A stretch of 64,000 nucleotides of DNA from Anthoceros angustus (lineage: Eukaryota > Plantae > Anthocerotophyta). Positions 1-12,316 of this stretch are shown piece after piece. Position 1 is the first letter of the stretch, and every line of letters starts with the position of its first letter. Location: contig MU008169.1 of the NCBI GenBank assembly GCA_010909165.1, positions 1,984,001 through 2,048,000 on the forward strand, in the 5' to 3' direction. The notes under the pieces were generated by a model that did no database searches, had not been told where the DNA came from, and saw only the letters and a program-made list of their open reading frames with translations. Both the position numbers and the translations under genes were made by a program.

Positions 1-322
1 TGGTGAAGCTCGCGCTGCAGCTCTGCAGCCCCATGCTATCCTGCATCTGCACCTTGCATCAACACACTAGTAGTGTCAGAACAAACAACATCATCCAACA
101 GAAACAAGACCTCCTTTCCCTCTCTCACACACTCCTGCAGCTTTCACACCGTGAACTACTGCATCAATTGCAAGCTCCATAGCCAATTCCTCCTCACTCA
201 CCTTGCCTCCCTGGTCGGCGCAGCTCGGGGCGTGGCACATTGCGGTCTGCCCCAGCCCTGCCTCATCTTCCATTCCCGCGCATGTACGACTGCAGCAAGC
301 GCATCAGCCCGGCGCCGCTCCT
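1..322 (-). CDS. Possible exons of an unidentified gene running off the left edge
   Basis: Minus strand shows a polypyrimidine/AG acceptor, an exon ending GGCAAG|GTGAGT near 200, and another acceptor (TGCAAG) near 55. One frame reads MEDEAGLGQTAMCHAPSCADQGGK. No family recognised. Confidence 0.25.
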
Positions 323-1034
323 GCACAGATTGTTCGCTCTGCTTGCCTTTTCCTTGCAGCGCAAGCAATTCCTTTCCTTTCCTGCCCTCCTTCCTTCCTT
401 TCTTCCTTGCTTCCTCCCTCACCTTGTTTCCTTGCTTTCCCGCCTTCCTTCTTCCGTGCTTTGCACAAGAGATGGCGGCCGCGGCAGGAGCAGCAGCGAG
501 CTTGCGCGTCTCAAGGAATCGGCCCAGCCAGCAAAGCGTCTCGCACAGCCGCGTCTCAGCGTCTCACAGCCTCTGCAGCCTCTGGCTCAGGCTCATCATC
601 GGTAATGATGAAAGGCGCAGAAAAGAGCCTTGAGCGAATGATTTTGCTTTTGAAGGCATCGTACCGCGTCAGAGCGCGGCCCCTTGGCAAGGGTGGGCAC
701 CGGGGAACCGGCTGGCCCGGCCAAGGCCAGCACCGGCTGGCACAAGGGCAGCCCTACGCCAAGGGCTGTACCGCGCTTGCTACCTACCAAGACTTTTGTT
801 CCTGGCCAGCTGAAGCGTTCGTACTCTACGGACAGCGGCAGGTGGCCAGGCTGGCGAAAGGGCCGGAATCGCCGGTTTCGCCAGCCGCCACCGCGGTTCC
901 CGGTTGTCGTTTTGGAACGATGCTGCGTACCGCCGCATTGAAGGCCCTTACGACCCGCGCCGTTCGCTTCCCAAGGAGCAGGGGGGTTCCATTAAAGCTC
1001 AGTTAACTATCCCCGCGCGGTTCGAACCCCGGGT

Positions 1035-1105
1035 TAGTCTCGGACCCGAGTCGCGATTCGCGATTCGCGAATCGGGAATCGGGAATCGGGAATCGGGAAT
1101 CGAGA
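1035..1105. repeat. Short heptamer repeats (CGCGATT)2-3 then (GGGAATC)4
   Basis: Sequence reads tcgcgattcgcgattcgcgaatcgggaatcgggaatcgggaatcgggaatcgag. Confidence 0.85.
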
Positions 1106-1245
1106 CGAGTTCGCTTGTGAGGCGTCCTGAGACGCGACTCGCGGCGCCGCGGCAGGCAGACAGATTGCCTCCCTGCTTCCCTGCGGCCCGCTTGCGTGCA
1201 TCCTCGAGCTGCGAACCGGTCCTGTTGTAACGGACAGGGACTCCG

Positions 1246-2730
1246 ATGAAGGTGGTGCGCCAACAGACGGCATTGCGGTTGGGAGAAAGCGAGGTGGACA
1301 GGTACAGATGTGCGCTCCATTGCTCTTTTCAAACTGTGTGTGCGTCCTTGTCGTCGGTTGACTCCGGATGCTGGAAATCCGGGCCTGCTTCTGCGGCAAG
1401 ACGTGTCTGTCTCGTCTCCCTCCGCTTGCTCGGCTGCAAAGAGAGCACCACAGCGGCGGTTTTGTTTTTTAGATCCATTCACGGTGTAACAGTTAGCACA
1501 CTCTCGGCTAGCCACCTGCGCATTCGTCTCATCGGATCGGGACTTGTGTGTCTGTAGATGTGTCTGTTGCTTTAGGTGCAGAAGGTACCTGTTAGGTCAC
1601 GACAGCTGGTAATTGCACCTGTGGATCAACAGTGAGTTTTGTCAGCGAACAAATTTTTCCTTCTTCAACAAGTAAGCACATGTCACGGATGCAGGTAACT
1701 TCTATCCAGCCTCCTGGATTCTTTGCACCGGACGCTTTAGTGTGCCTAAGCAGGTACTTTGCCTGCCAGATTGAAGCCTCATGTTGAGTCTAAAAGCCAG
1801 CTGATTTTCAGCGCGTTGGAGTTGCAGAACTGTCATCTTGTAAAAGAGGTAATTGAGCACTGCCATGGAGTATGGGCCATGACTGTTACACTTTTACATC
1901 CGTAGCCGACCAACTCACTGTTGTATCTGTTTCGTTTCTGTTCCCGAGCAAGGTTGTTTGGACATATGCTCTTTAGGGTCAAGTGGCAGCTTCCTGTTCC
2001 GGTTCTACTTATCTCTGCCAACAGGAATCCATATGGATCCTTGGCCCTGTCTCTTTTCCTTCCGCATCCACACAGTGTCACTGTTCCCAGGGAGGATAAG
2101 CCCAGGGAAGGACAGGTGGAATAACGCACTCCAAAAGACAAAGCAGGGCACAAAGCACGATGACAGTGCGCCATAACCATAACTGCTGAGCCTGTGGCGC
2201 ACATATGTTCATGCCCAAGTAAGCATGTACCTCTCAGCTCTTGACTCAAGGAGGTAAAAATCTGAATGTTGCACATGGCTGTTTATATTCCCAGCACGGT
2301 AGATCCCATGCCTTGTCTTGGTTATCGGGACTTGATCATAACTAACCTTGTCTACAATAAGATAAACCCAGGACAAGAGAGATAGCGTTGAAACCTGAAG
2401 GACTGGATCCAAGTACAGGTCCAGTGAAATCTGGTTCTGTGTCCGAAGCCCCTGGTGGCGGAAGTGGAAACTGGGAACCCGGGCTTTGATCTGCTTGCAC
2501 CGTTCCCATTGGCCGAATGCCAAACATCACCGACCCAGGCTCCTCAAAAAACGGAAGAGAATCAAAACAGTTACACACGGCAGAGTATGTACTGTACGAC
2601 GACTGTAGCTTGTTACATATTGCAATTCGACATGTGCCACAACCCAGAAGGTTCCAAGTCCCACCATCCCAAGGAGCTACGAAGCCCTCTGCTTCCGTCT
2701 TCGTTCCACCACCTTCCTTCTGCTCCTGGG
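1246..2730 (+). other. Probable multi-exon transcript of unknown function
   Basis: Many plus-strand splice-like sites (CAG|GTACAG ~1300, CTG|GTAATT ~1609, CAA|GTAAGC ~1671, GAG|GTAATT ~1849, AGA|GTATGT ~2585, TGG|GTAATG ~2730). I could not assemble a recognisable protein. Confidence 0.25.
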
Positions 2731-3879
2731 TAATGTGAGTCGTGACAAGTCAGAAGTTCTAATTTTGTTTCCAATACATGTAAAAGCTATACTAATGTCC
2801 TCCATTGACGAGGGACACGGTGGCCACCGTAGTCCGTGGTTAAGGGGATGGGGTATCACGCATCCACAGTTACTCTTGGCCTAATCGGGCCGCCTGACAT
2901 GCAATTTCTGTTCTCTCACCCGCAAAGAAAAAGGCCCTTCGGGGCTCGGGGCTGCCTGATATGTGTTCTTTGTCCGTAATGGCCGTCTCATATATGTCCT
3001 TCGTGGCCTCCGAGTCGGTTATCGTAAATGCCGGTTTACCTACAGCTAAGACCCCAGCGTACGAAAAGCCACGAGTGCAGCCGAGAGCCCAACGCTTGAA
3101 AATCCCTGAGCGCAACTAGGCCCTCGCTTTGACTCTTACACATTTTCTAAATCATTGTATTTTCTCTCCACTGAGTAGTGGAAGAAGTCATTGGAAATGG
3201 AATCAATTAGCAAGAGGTTCAACAAGATACAAGTGATAAGCCGATTTATTCACCATAACTAATTTATTTTTAAATAGACTTATCACTTTTATCTTCTACA
3301 ACCTTGTACTTCAAGAAACAAATTGATTCGTTTTTTAACACTTTTTCCATTCCTTAATGGAGAGAAAATACAACGATTTAAGTCATTCATACGAGTCAAA
3401 GCCAATGGCCCTCGTTGCACTTAGCCATTTTCGTACTCAAAGGATTTTCATACAAATTGCAAACAAACAAAATGATTTATTCTAAGTCCACTAAGGTGCT
3501 GGTTCATCCGGGTCCCCCTTGCAGTCTCTCTTGCAACAAGTAGTGCTACACCATTTTGGCCACCTATCTAATATCGCTCCTTCATACAATGTTGAATACT
3601 AAAAGTAGGTGTCACACCCTGCAATCTAGCACATCGGAAATTACCGCGCCCATAAACAGGGGACCAACCTCATACTTAGACTACTTAGACTACATGGGAA
3701 ACTACATTCTAGGACTGAAAATGAATTGAACTGAATTTAAAAAAATAAAACTTGAATAAGTGAGAAAGAATATTACTTAAGTCCTTATTTAATTAAATTG
3801 AAATCGCAAACACGAGTGTGGCAACTAGCGTCACCTGCAAACTGTCACGCTGTACAAGCAATTGTCCATCTTGCACATA

Positions 3880-3975
3880 GATAGATAGTTACATTTGTTA
3901 TAAGCAACATAGACAGATAGATAGTTACAATTGTTATACACAACATAGAAAGATAGATAGTTACATTTGTTACAT
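3880..3975. repeat. ~40-bp tandem repeat x3 (atagatagttacatttgtta core)
   Basis: Three diverged units visible. Confidence 0.8.
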
Positions 3976-4036
3976 GCTACATATCGAGCTCGCACTAGGG
4001 AAACCAGCTCCGAAGCACCATCTCCCGAGCATGACA

Positions 4037-4369
4037 TTAAGCCTCATCGTTACAAGTGTCTGTACTGCTAATACTCTCCTCGTTGGTGGCCTTCGCGCTT
4101 TTGACTCTCTTCTTGCTGTTGGCCTTCATACTAGTGGATTTGTTTGTACGCTTCTGGTTGTCGCTTGCTGTTGATTCTAGATCACGTTGTGGGTCACCAG
4201 CCAATGGCTTGTGATTGGTGCTTAAGGCATCTTCCTGATCCATGTTCGCCGCGCGTTGTCTACACCATATTGCAAAATACTGTATAAAGGCACGAACATT
4301 GAAACGAGTTTGTGGATCTTCATCCTTCTCTATTTGTTCATGTTTTCTTTTCATGATTTCTTTCAACAC
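4037..4369 (-). pseudogene. Possible DNA-transposon (CACTA-like) ORF fragment
   Basis: 110-aa ORF in AT-rich repeat context. RAFIQYFAIWCRQR loosely resembles the F..WF..R motif after DUF4218 in CACTA TnpD. Weak resemblance only. Confidence 0.25.
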
Positions 4370-5091
4370 TTAAAATAAGAATCCTTGATTGAGCTCTGAA
4401 TACTACAAAACATACGTTATCGCAATACAGCTTAGAAACATAACAAGAGCTTTATAGCATAAGTAAAAAATGACACACAACCTACAAAAGAAAACACCAG
4501 CACAAAGAAGGAAACTTTCCTTTGGGGGCGCTGCTTTCTTACCCTAATGAAAAAGATTTCTAAGAGCAAAAACAACAAATAGAGCTTGAAGCTTAAGTCC
4601 AAAGCCTCAAACCTACACTGAGGAACCGCATGAAGACACATACACAAAGATCTTAATCTTAGAGGCCTATTTATAGGAGAGTGGGAAAGTCCACACACTG
4701 AATCCATTCCTAGTTATACTAAATGGACATTATTATTTTAGATACTTAGCTATAATCAAAATGGTGTTAACTGAAGTATTCTTTATTTCAAATATGAGGT
4801 AACTTCTTTTTTATTCAAGTTCTATACCATGTAGTTTACTAATTTGGAAGAAGAAGATGAATACTCAACTAATTGTCAACTACAGCCAATTATATATTTA
4901 TCCTAAAACTAATTCGAAGCACATGGTAAACTTCAATATGACATTTTATCTTTATACATGGTTTCTGTGGAACTCTATAGTGAAGTGTCTTTGGAACTCC
5001 AAAGTCAAGCACGATTTTAGAGACTTTATATAAATATATCAAAGTGTACATAGAACTCCTCCCTTCTGTAAATGACATCCAGACATGGTTT

Positions 5092-5710
5092 CTCTGGAAC
5101 TCCACAGTCAAGTCAAGCGTCCTTTGGACGAGTCAGAACTCAAATGGGGTGCTACCCATTCCCCAGCTATAAATCCAGCCCTTGGTCTCCACAGTGTGCA
5201 AGGCCCTCCATATTTTAAACTCCAGCTCTGGAACTCCACAGTCAAGTCAAGCGTCCTTTGGACGAGTCAGAACTCAAATGGAGTGCTACCCATTCCCGAG
5301 CTATAAATCCAAATTGGTCTCCATGCAGTGGCCTCCATATTTTAAACTCCAAATGAACTCCACAATAAGTCAAGCGTCCTTTGGACGAGTCAGAACTCAA
5401 ATGGGGTGCTACCCATTCCCGAGCTATAAATCCAGCCCTTGGTCTCCACAGTGTGCAGGGCCCTCCATATTTTAAACTCCAGCTGTTAGTGCCCTATGAG
5501 GTTACTTCAGGCTAAAAACTCGGGCTACCCATTCCCCAGCTATAAATCATGCACTTGGGGCTACCCATTCCCAAGCTATAAATCATGCACTCGGGCTACC
5601 CATTCCCCAGCTATAAATCATGCCCTTGGTCTCTGCACTATGCGGGACCCTTTATATTTCAAACTCCAATTGTTAGTGCCCTAAGAGGTTGCTCCAGGCT
5701 AAAAACTCTC
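5092..5710. repeat. Compound tandem array: three ~124-134 bp units, then three ~35 bp subunits (gctacccattccccagctataaatc core)
   Basis: Long units start near 5092, 5226 and 5350. Short units start at 5522, 5558 and 5593. Each carries TATAAAT. Confidence 0.9.
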
Positions 5711-6383
5711 AATATGGGACTTCGATGTATACTTTGAAATATCTACTTAAAGTCGCCAAATTTTCTAAAAAGTATACATAGAAATATCTACATAAAATCT
5801 CCGAGTTTTCTAAAAAGTGACATAGAAATATCTATATAAAGTCTTCAAATTTTTAAAAAAGTATACATAGAAACCTCGCACACGAGATTGATTCAGAAGG
5901 AAAGGCCCCCACAGCTAGGACGAGAGCAAGAGTAAGCTCATAGAGCATTAACAACAAGCAATCGGGCCGTAAGGCCAAGGTTTTCAATGGGATTCCTTTG
6001 GAACATAGTGCTCCTACTCATAGTGCCCTTTAGTGGTTTTTCTCTCACATTATTTTTATGTAGATGAGAGCACTCATCTTCGTTGATCACACAGAAATCG
6101 ATTTTTAACAAGGATCTTTTTCTTGCCTCAAAAAAGAGAATTTCATAAGAATAAGTGATATTAAATATTTATAAAATTAAACTATTTTTAAAATATAATA
6201 TAATTATGTGTTGTTTCTACATGAATGATTGGGTTGTACTTCAATAGAATTGATAGATTACATTGCTTGCCTGAACATTGTTTGCCTAGATATGATAGAT
6301 AGTGTTCGTGGAAATGTATATGCAAAGCTATGCCCACTTTGGTTATGCCTGTAGAGGCAGAGGCCCGAGTGCTGTTGTCATGG

Positions 6384-6845
6384 CGTCCACATATGCACTT
6401 GATGAAAGTTTGGGAATGCAACCACAGCGTCCATATATGCACTTGATGAAAGTTTGGGAATGCAACCACAGCATCCATATATGCACTTGATGAAAGTTTG
6501 GGAATGCAACCAGTCTTCTAGACAAGCTCATGAAAAGTTTGGAAACAATGGACGAGCATTCGCATTCCACATGCTCATGAAAAGTTTGGAGACAATGGAT
6601 GAGCATTCGCATTCCACAATATGTGACAGCTCAATAACCCTAGAGTGGATGAGCATTCGCATTCCACAATATGTGACAGCTCCATAACCCTAGAGTGGAT
6701 GAGCATTCGCATTCCACAATGCGTGACAGCTCCATAACCCTAGAGTGGACGAGCATTCGCATTCCACAATATGTGACAGCTCCATAACCCTAGAGTGGAC
6801 AACCATTCGCATTCCACAACAAGTGGCAGCTCGATAACCCTAGCC
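6384..6845. repeat. Compound minisatellite: 44 bp x3, 47 bp x2, 50 bp x5
   Basis: 44-bp phase at 6391/6435/6479. gagcattcgc at 6554, 6601, 6651, 6701, 6751, degenerate at 6801. Confidence 0.92.
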
Positions 6846-6884
6846 TGAGCCACACATTTAACAACAACGTGGCTGCTCAACGTC

Positions 6885-7045
6885 CTGCACTTCAATCGGT
6901 ACTTATGTGGGGTGCCTGGAGGGAGTGGATGCCCTAGTGCTAGTAGCTTAGGCAAGCCACACTACAAGTTGTTAAGTATCATGGGATATCAAGCCCCATG
7001 ACAGGAATTCCATCCAAGTGGACTATAATAAACGACTTCTTCTTT
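6885..7045 (+). mobile_element. Dispersed repeat (SINE/LINE 3'-end-like) ending AATAAA + CTT-rich tail
   Basis: Aligns by eye with 19970-20145 (tcggtactta..ggggtgcct..ggatgccct..gtgctagtagcttaggca..caagttgttaagta..gtggact..aataaa..cttcttc). Confidence 0.6.
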
Positions 7046-8087
7046 TCTAGTCGATGGTATAAATATAGAAGGCCGTGGTCGTGGTTGGGCACGTAATTGG
7101 GTAATCGCTGGTGGGTTTCGGTCGTTGAGGAACGAAGGGGTTGGGTGTGCGTAAACAGTTCACACTTGCAGCCAGGCTGGAGATGCATCCCTGTCAGAAT
7201 AGGTTTTCAATTGCTAGTGCCCACGTCTCTCTTCCACGATTCCTGGATTGGGATGTGATAGCAGTGGGATTTTGCAGTACGCAGAAACACATACCACATG
7301 AGAGCAGAATTTAAAATTGGTCTTGTTCCCACTTTAGGATCAGGAGACGACCAGCTGCTTCCCGCAACTGGCAAAGCTGCTCATGCCGTTTGCACAGCAG
7401 ACGTGTGGAATGGAGCAGCATATAAGCAAGACTTCACGCAAACAGTTCACTTCACGCGTACCAACCACTACGTGCTTGCAAGTATTAATATTGTGCTACT
7501 GCTGCTGGCCCAGCATATGTTTGTAGGATCAAACTATATGCATTCTTATCGCAAGCTCTTGAAGCTTCCACCTGAAGTGTCGGTGGAGTTCCACCTTCCC
7601 TACCAACAGGATCCTAAGTGCTGCAAATTCCGTGCTCGGAATTGTCTGGATTCAAGCTTGAGTCGACATAGACGCAACTGATAAGAAGTTATGGAGTGGA
7701 CGTTTTAAATTCGAGCCATTCATTAAGAAGTGAAGAGCTACGTGCAAACAGGACTTCGCCATTTCAGGCCCTCTCTTACCAGTCGAAAGAAGGCACAGCT
7801 ACAGGCGTAGGCAATAATGTGCCGTGCGTAGATTGTCAAGTCAGGCCCACAACCTGCACGAGCGCGGTTTGGCTGCCTTCAAGAATATCAATGCCTGGGC
7901 ATCTGCGGATCAAGACAGCCAGCACCAGTTGCTGCACAGTCTACAAGACGGCGAGCGACCTCCCAGCTTGTTTGCAGTAGATACAGACATCTGCCCAGGT
8001 CGATCTCAGGCCGTAGGCCTCCCCCCGAGCTGTCCAATTTCCGTGCGGGTCCGGAAGCCTGAGCTCGCTCCACGCACTAGTCTACCG

Positions 8088-10065
8088 ATGGCAGCGAAGG
8101 CATCCGACTACTCGTATCAACCACAAGGAAGCCGAGGAAAAAGGATCACAGTGCTCAGCGTGGATGGCGGTGGTGTTCGGGGGCTCATCCCGGCCACCCT
8201 TCTCGAGTATTTTGAAGCTGAGCTGCAGGCAAGATAAGAGTCGACTTGCTTGCCATCGAATCGGATCGGACAGATCTACATCTGTGTCTTGCTATGTGTT
8301 TGAGTCTAAATCTCCTAGGCCTTGCAGCCCCCAATTGATCCATAACAACCCCATCCTGAGTTAGCTCTGTCCTACGGAGCTGGCTACAGGCTGTGCGTGT
8401 GCTTGAGTTAATTCCATTCCTTGCACCATTATCCACAGCCTGTGAGACACTCCTTGAGCTTCGACTGCAGAGACTGGACGGGCCGGATGTGCGGATTGCG
8501 GACTACTTCGACATCATCGCTGGAACCAGCACCGGAGGCTTGATCGCCGGAATCCTAAATCTGGTGGATCCCGCAACTCAGCGGCCTGCCAAAACCGCAA
8601 CTGATGTCAGCAATTTTTACTTGGACCAGGCCAAGAACATCTTCCCGCAGAAAGGCAGGTAAGGCATCGAGATCCAGAGTCGGAGCAAAGTCGAGCATGA
8701 TTTCATCGGAGCTACTTGAAGAGATGGCAACATGTTGCAGTGGTTTCATTGCCAGCATGCTCACCGTCTTTTCGCTCCTAGCGGGCCCCAAGTACACTGC
8801 AACTCCTCTCCAACAGCTTCTGCTTCAAAATTTCGGCGAGGTACGACTGCATGAGGCTTTCACCGATCTCGTGCTTCCCGTATTCGATGTAAAGCAAGAA
8901 AAGCCCGTCTTCTTCTCCAAGCTGGAGGTAAACAAGCTACTTTTCCTCGACGCTCGAACTGCTTTGTTGAGCTCATAAATTTCAATGCAGCCAGGCTAGG
9001 GCTTACAGCGCAAGGGCGGCACCTGCAGGCACAGAAGAATCCGCTAGTGGATCCTCTCATCCGACAGGTTTGCCAGGCCACTTCCGCTGCTCCCACTTTC
9101 TTGCCAGCAGTCTACTTCCAGACGTCGGATCCCTCCACAGGCAGCACACAGGACTTCAACTGCGTGGACGGTGGCCTCGCAGCAAACAATCCGGTTAGAT
9201 GAAGCATGCAACACAGCAACATAGCGAAAACGCCACTGTTCTCACCTTACCTGTGCGGATCGATGCCTCATTGCTTGCCCGTTGTTGTTTCCAGACATTT
9301 GTGGCCATCTCACATGCCATACAGCAGATGGAAAGGGGCCACGTATTCCACACAGTTTCAAGCTTCGAGGTGAGCACTGCACACTCAACAACGTTCCTCG
9401 GTCAAATTCACGTCTGCAGATCCTCATGCTGGAACCTCGGCAGGCCTACTCGGATTTTATGGTGCTGTCTCTTGGCACCGGGGACAAATTGTCGCCCTAC
9501 CAAGCACCGGACGTTGCAAAATGGGGAATTTTGTCCTGGGTTTACAAGAATGGCGGTGTTCCTCTGGCGAACATGGTGTCTGCAGCAAGCGCAAGCATCG
9601 TGGACTACAGCATATCTACACTCTTCACAGCGCAACAGTGCTCTGACAACTACCTCCGAATTCAGGTTGCTCTCTATGCTGTGCCTGCTGTTCTTAGACC
9701 TCACCACTTGCAATGCTAAGGTGATCTGGGGTGTACTGCACTGCACGGACAGGCCTTCGACATGCCGGGCGACACCCAGTCGGTGGACGACTCCTCGGCC
9801 GCCAACATGGCAGCTCTGAAGAAAGTCGGGACAGACCTTCTATCCGCACAGGTGGTCAGTTGGAGCGTAGAAAACGGACAGGTGGTACAGCGGCCTGAGC
9901 AGGGCACTAACGCTGAGGCTTTGACAAGGTAATTTGGCCCACCAACTGCAATATCCAAAGCAAAGGGAAGGGAAGGAGACATATCTTGCTAAACTCGCGT
10001 GTTCCATGTTCTGCAGATTTGCGACAGAGCTGTCGGCAGAAAGGAAAGCTCGGTTGCTGCAGTGA
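8088..10065 (+). CDS. Patatin-like phospholipase / lipid acyl hydrolase (pPLA-II type), 7 exons
   Basis: Exon 1 8088-8228 (DGGGVRG anion box) and exon 2 8471-8658 (GTSTG nucleophile). Later exons encode [15 protein letters not shown] and VLSLGTG. The last exon [15 protein letters not shown] ends TGA at 10063-10065. Intron 1 has a GC donor. Confidence 0.95.
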
Positions 10066-10084
10066 GGTTCCCAAAGACAGGTTG

Positions 10085-11579
10085 TCAAATCTTTAGAATA
10101 GCATACGCTCGCTGACGCCCAATTCGAACTTCAATAATACGACCGAGATGTCGCAGAATCTACATTCACGACAGAGATGTGAAAGGAGGTAGTAAAATGC
10201 AACACCGTCTGTACACAATCGCCACTTGTATAATGCCTCACCGTGAGGACGGATTTGCCTGTGTTGTCCAGCTTCAGAATTGATCCACGCATATCTGTCT
10301 CCAGGAAGAAGTGCTTTCCCTTCACATTCTCGGAGCTGGCCACGTCCCGTAGCTCCTGTTTACGAGTTTGATCGGGCACAGGAAAGCCATGTCAGAGGCT
10401 ACTACTACTAGCAAACGTGACTGACCCATGATGGCAATCCCAGAAACTTTCGCCCTTACCAAGACTTTCTCCAACGCCTCATCCCCCAGCTGCCATGGCC
10501 ACATAGAAAGCAACATTTAGCATTAAAATGCGACAAAGCACAAGTCATAGTCAACCACATTACATATCCCAACCTTGTTTCTTGGAGCTGCCAGTAGTCG
10601 GGCATTCAATTCTGCAAAAGTTGCCATTTCATCTACTGCCGCGTTCACTTTGTCCAAAGTCAGCCTACCACGCATGTAGCTGTCACATGTGCACAGCAGC
10701 ATTAAGAGTTTGGAGGATAGCAGGACTCGGAAGAGACTACCCACCAACACAGATGATCCATACCTGGACACAGAAGCCAGCTCATCGACAGTGACATAAC
10801 ACCGGGGAGGAGGACCTCGTCCCTTCTTCTCCTGCGTTCCAAGGCCATTCCAGCTTGTTGAACAGTTGAACAAAGTACCCACTACCACGCAGCTACGGTC
10901 ATGTCATGCCTTACTAGCTTCCGAGCTGGAGTTGCTGCAGCTGCCGATCCAGAGTCCGCGTTTCCATTTGCATTCCCATTACTGGAAAAGGAGCTGAAAG
11001 TCAGTTGTGAGATCGGGCGCCGATGCAGCCAGCAGCACGGCTTCACACAAGGTGAAACGAGGATGACCAAACCTTGCAACAGAGTCATCCACGTGCACAT
11101 CTTTGCCTGGAAGACGTGCAGGTAGATTGTCTGCAATGTGCTGGATCTTCCTCCGCTGCTGTGAGCACAACTCGATGAAACCCTGCATCTCAAGCCAAAC
11201 ATCTCTGAGAAACCTGGAACTTGCGCATTTGTGAAGTTCAGCTACCAGCTCGGCAGAATGGGTTCTACCGTGGCCTTGGAGATAACTTCTTTTTCCCTCT
11301 GAATATGAAGCTGGATAGCATGCATCTGTTGCTCAATCATAAGCACCGCCTGCTCAATTGCTGCCATCTCGGCTGCTCGTGGCCCCGGAGCACCTGCATC
11401 CACCATGACCAACACCGTGCTAGAGTGAAAACAAAAACCAGAACCTGGAACCCCACCCGCTCCACAGGCAACTGGTACCAACCTCTGATGAGCACCAGCT
11501 CTTGCAGTTTGGCAACTTGGCTGTCAAATGCTGCCATCACCCTCTCCAAAGGCACGCTGCTGCTGGCATCTTGAGACAT
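10085..11579 (-). CDS. SKA1: Spindle and kinetochore-associated protein 1, multi-exon
   Basis: N-terminus MSQDASSSVPLERVMAAFDSQVAKLQELVLIR. Internal YVTVDEL..SYMRGRLTLDKVNAAVDEM and HFFLETDMRGSILKLDNTGKSVLT. Final exon ILRHLGRIIEVRIGRQRAYAILKI*. Matches plant SKA1 as I know it. Confidence 0.92.
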
Positions 11580-11729
11580 TGTTGCGACCACAAGCTGCGG
11601 ACGATCTCAAAACCTAGATCGCGCGATTCACAACCTGCCACAAGCTCACCTCTTGGTGCAGCATTGTTGCTCACCGAAATGTTGCCTTCGCCATTCTGCG
11701 CGCTCGCGGAAGCCAGACATTCGACTTCT

Positions 11730-11743
11730 TTTTGGCGCCAAAA
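11730..11743. promoter_or_regulatory. Palindromic E2F-like site TTTTGGCGCCAAAA upstream of SKA1
   Basis: Perfect 14-bp palindrome containing TTTGGCGC on both strands, ~150 bp upstream of the SKA1 ATG. Confidence 0.55.
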
Positions 11744-12316
11744 TCAACGCCTCCCTCGGATAGGCAGTACACAAAGCAACAGTGTTCGGCAATTAGTTTG
11801 CACAGATAATAATACAAGGCGACACGGATCGTGGTGCAACGTGTGTAATATAATCGTTTACTGTTGACTTCCAGACTGGATTAGCTAGCCTCGGCACCTT
11901 CAAGGGTGCCCTGCAACAATCAGCGACGTGCTCCGGGAAGGGAATATCTCTGGTTTCTCTGAGTGCCTGGCCAGAGCCATGATCAACATACATAACCCTT
12001 GGCCTGAGGCTCGAGCTGCACGAGCAAGGGTCCGAGTCAAGACATGCCCGCGGATTCACACTCCGGGACTGAAGAGGGACAACATGACTTCTGTGCAAGG
12101 GAGAGCTTCTTACTGGTGTGATGGAAGCATGATACTTTACTCCCACTGTTGACGACCAGTACAGGTGAGCGCGTTCCGGATCTGTCCACGAGGAAGCATC
12201 CGTTAAAGAATCCGGGATAAACTGCAGTGGCTGAGTATTATATTTCCATGACCAGATAACAGCAGTGATGGGGGGAGTATGACCAGTCGGGAGCTGTACA
12301 AGCATACTACCTGAAC

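Noticed and set aside
985-1045. tRNA gene
   Set aside because: A- and B-box-like motifs are too close, there is no anticodon arm, and the T-stem and acceptor stem do not pair on either strand.
3610-3620. LTR start TGTCACACCC
   Set aside because: No second LTR, matching end, PBS or PPT found in the window.
5092-6845. CRISPR-like arrays
   Set aside because: Units are near-identical end to end with no unique spacers, there are no cas genes, and the context is eukaryotic. The same holds for the arrays at 16938, 20290 and 22741.
7298-8087. Small ORFs upstream of the patatin gene
   Set aside because: No recognisable motifs or consistent splice structure; treated as promoter or UTR.
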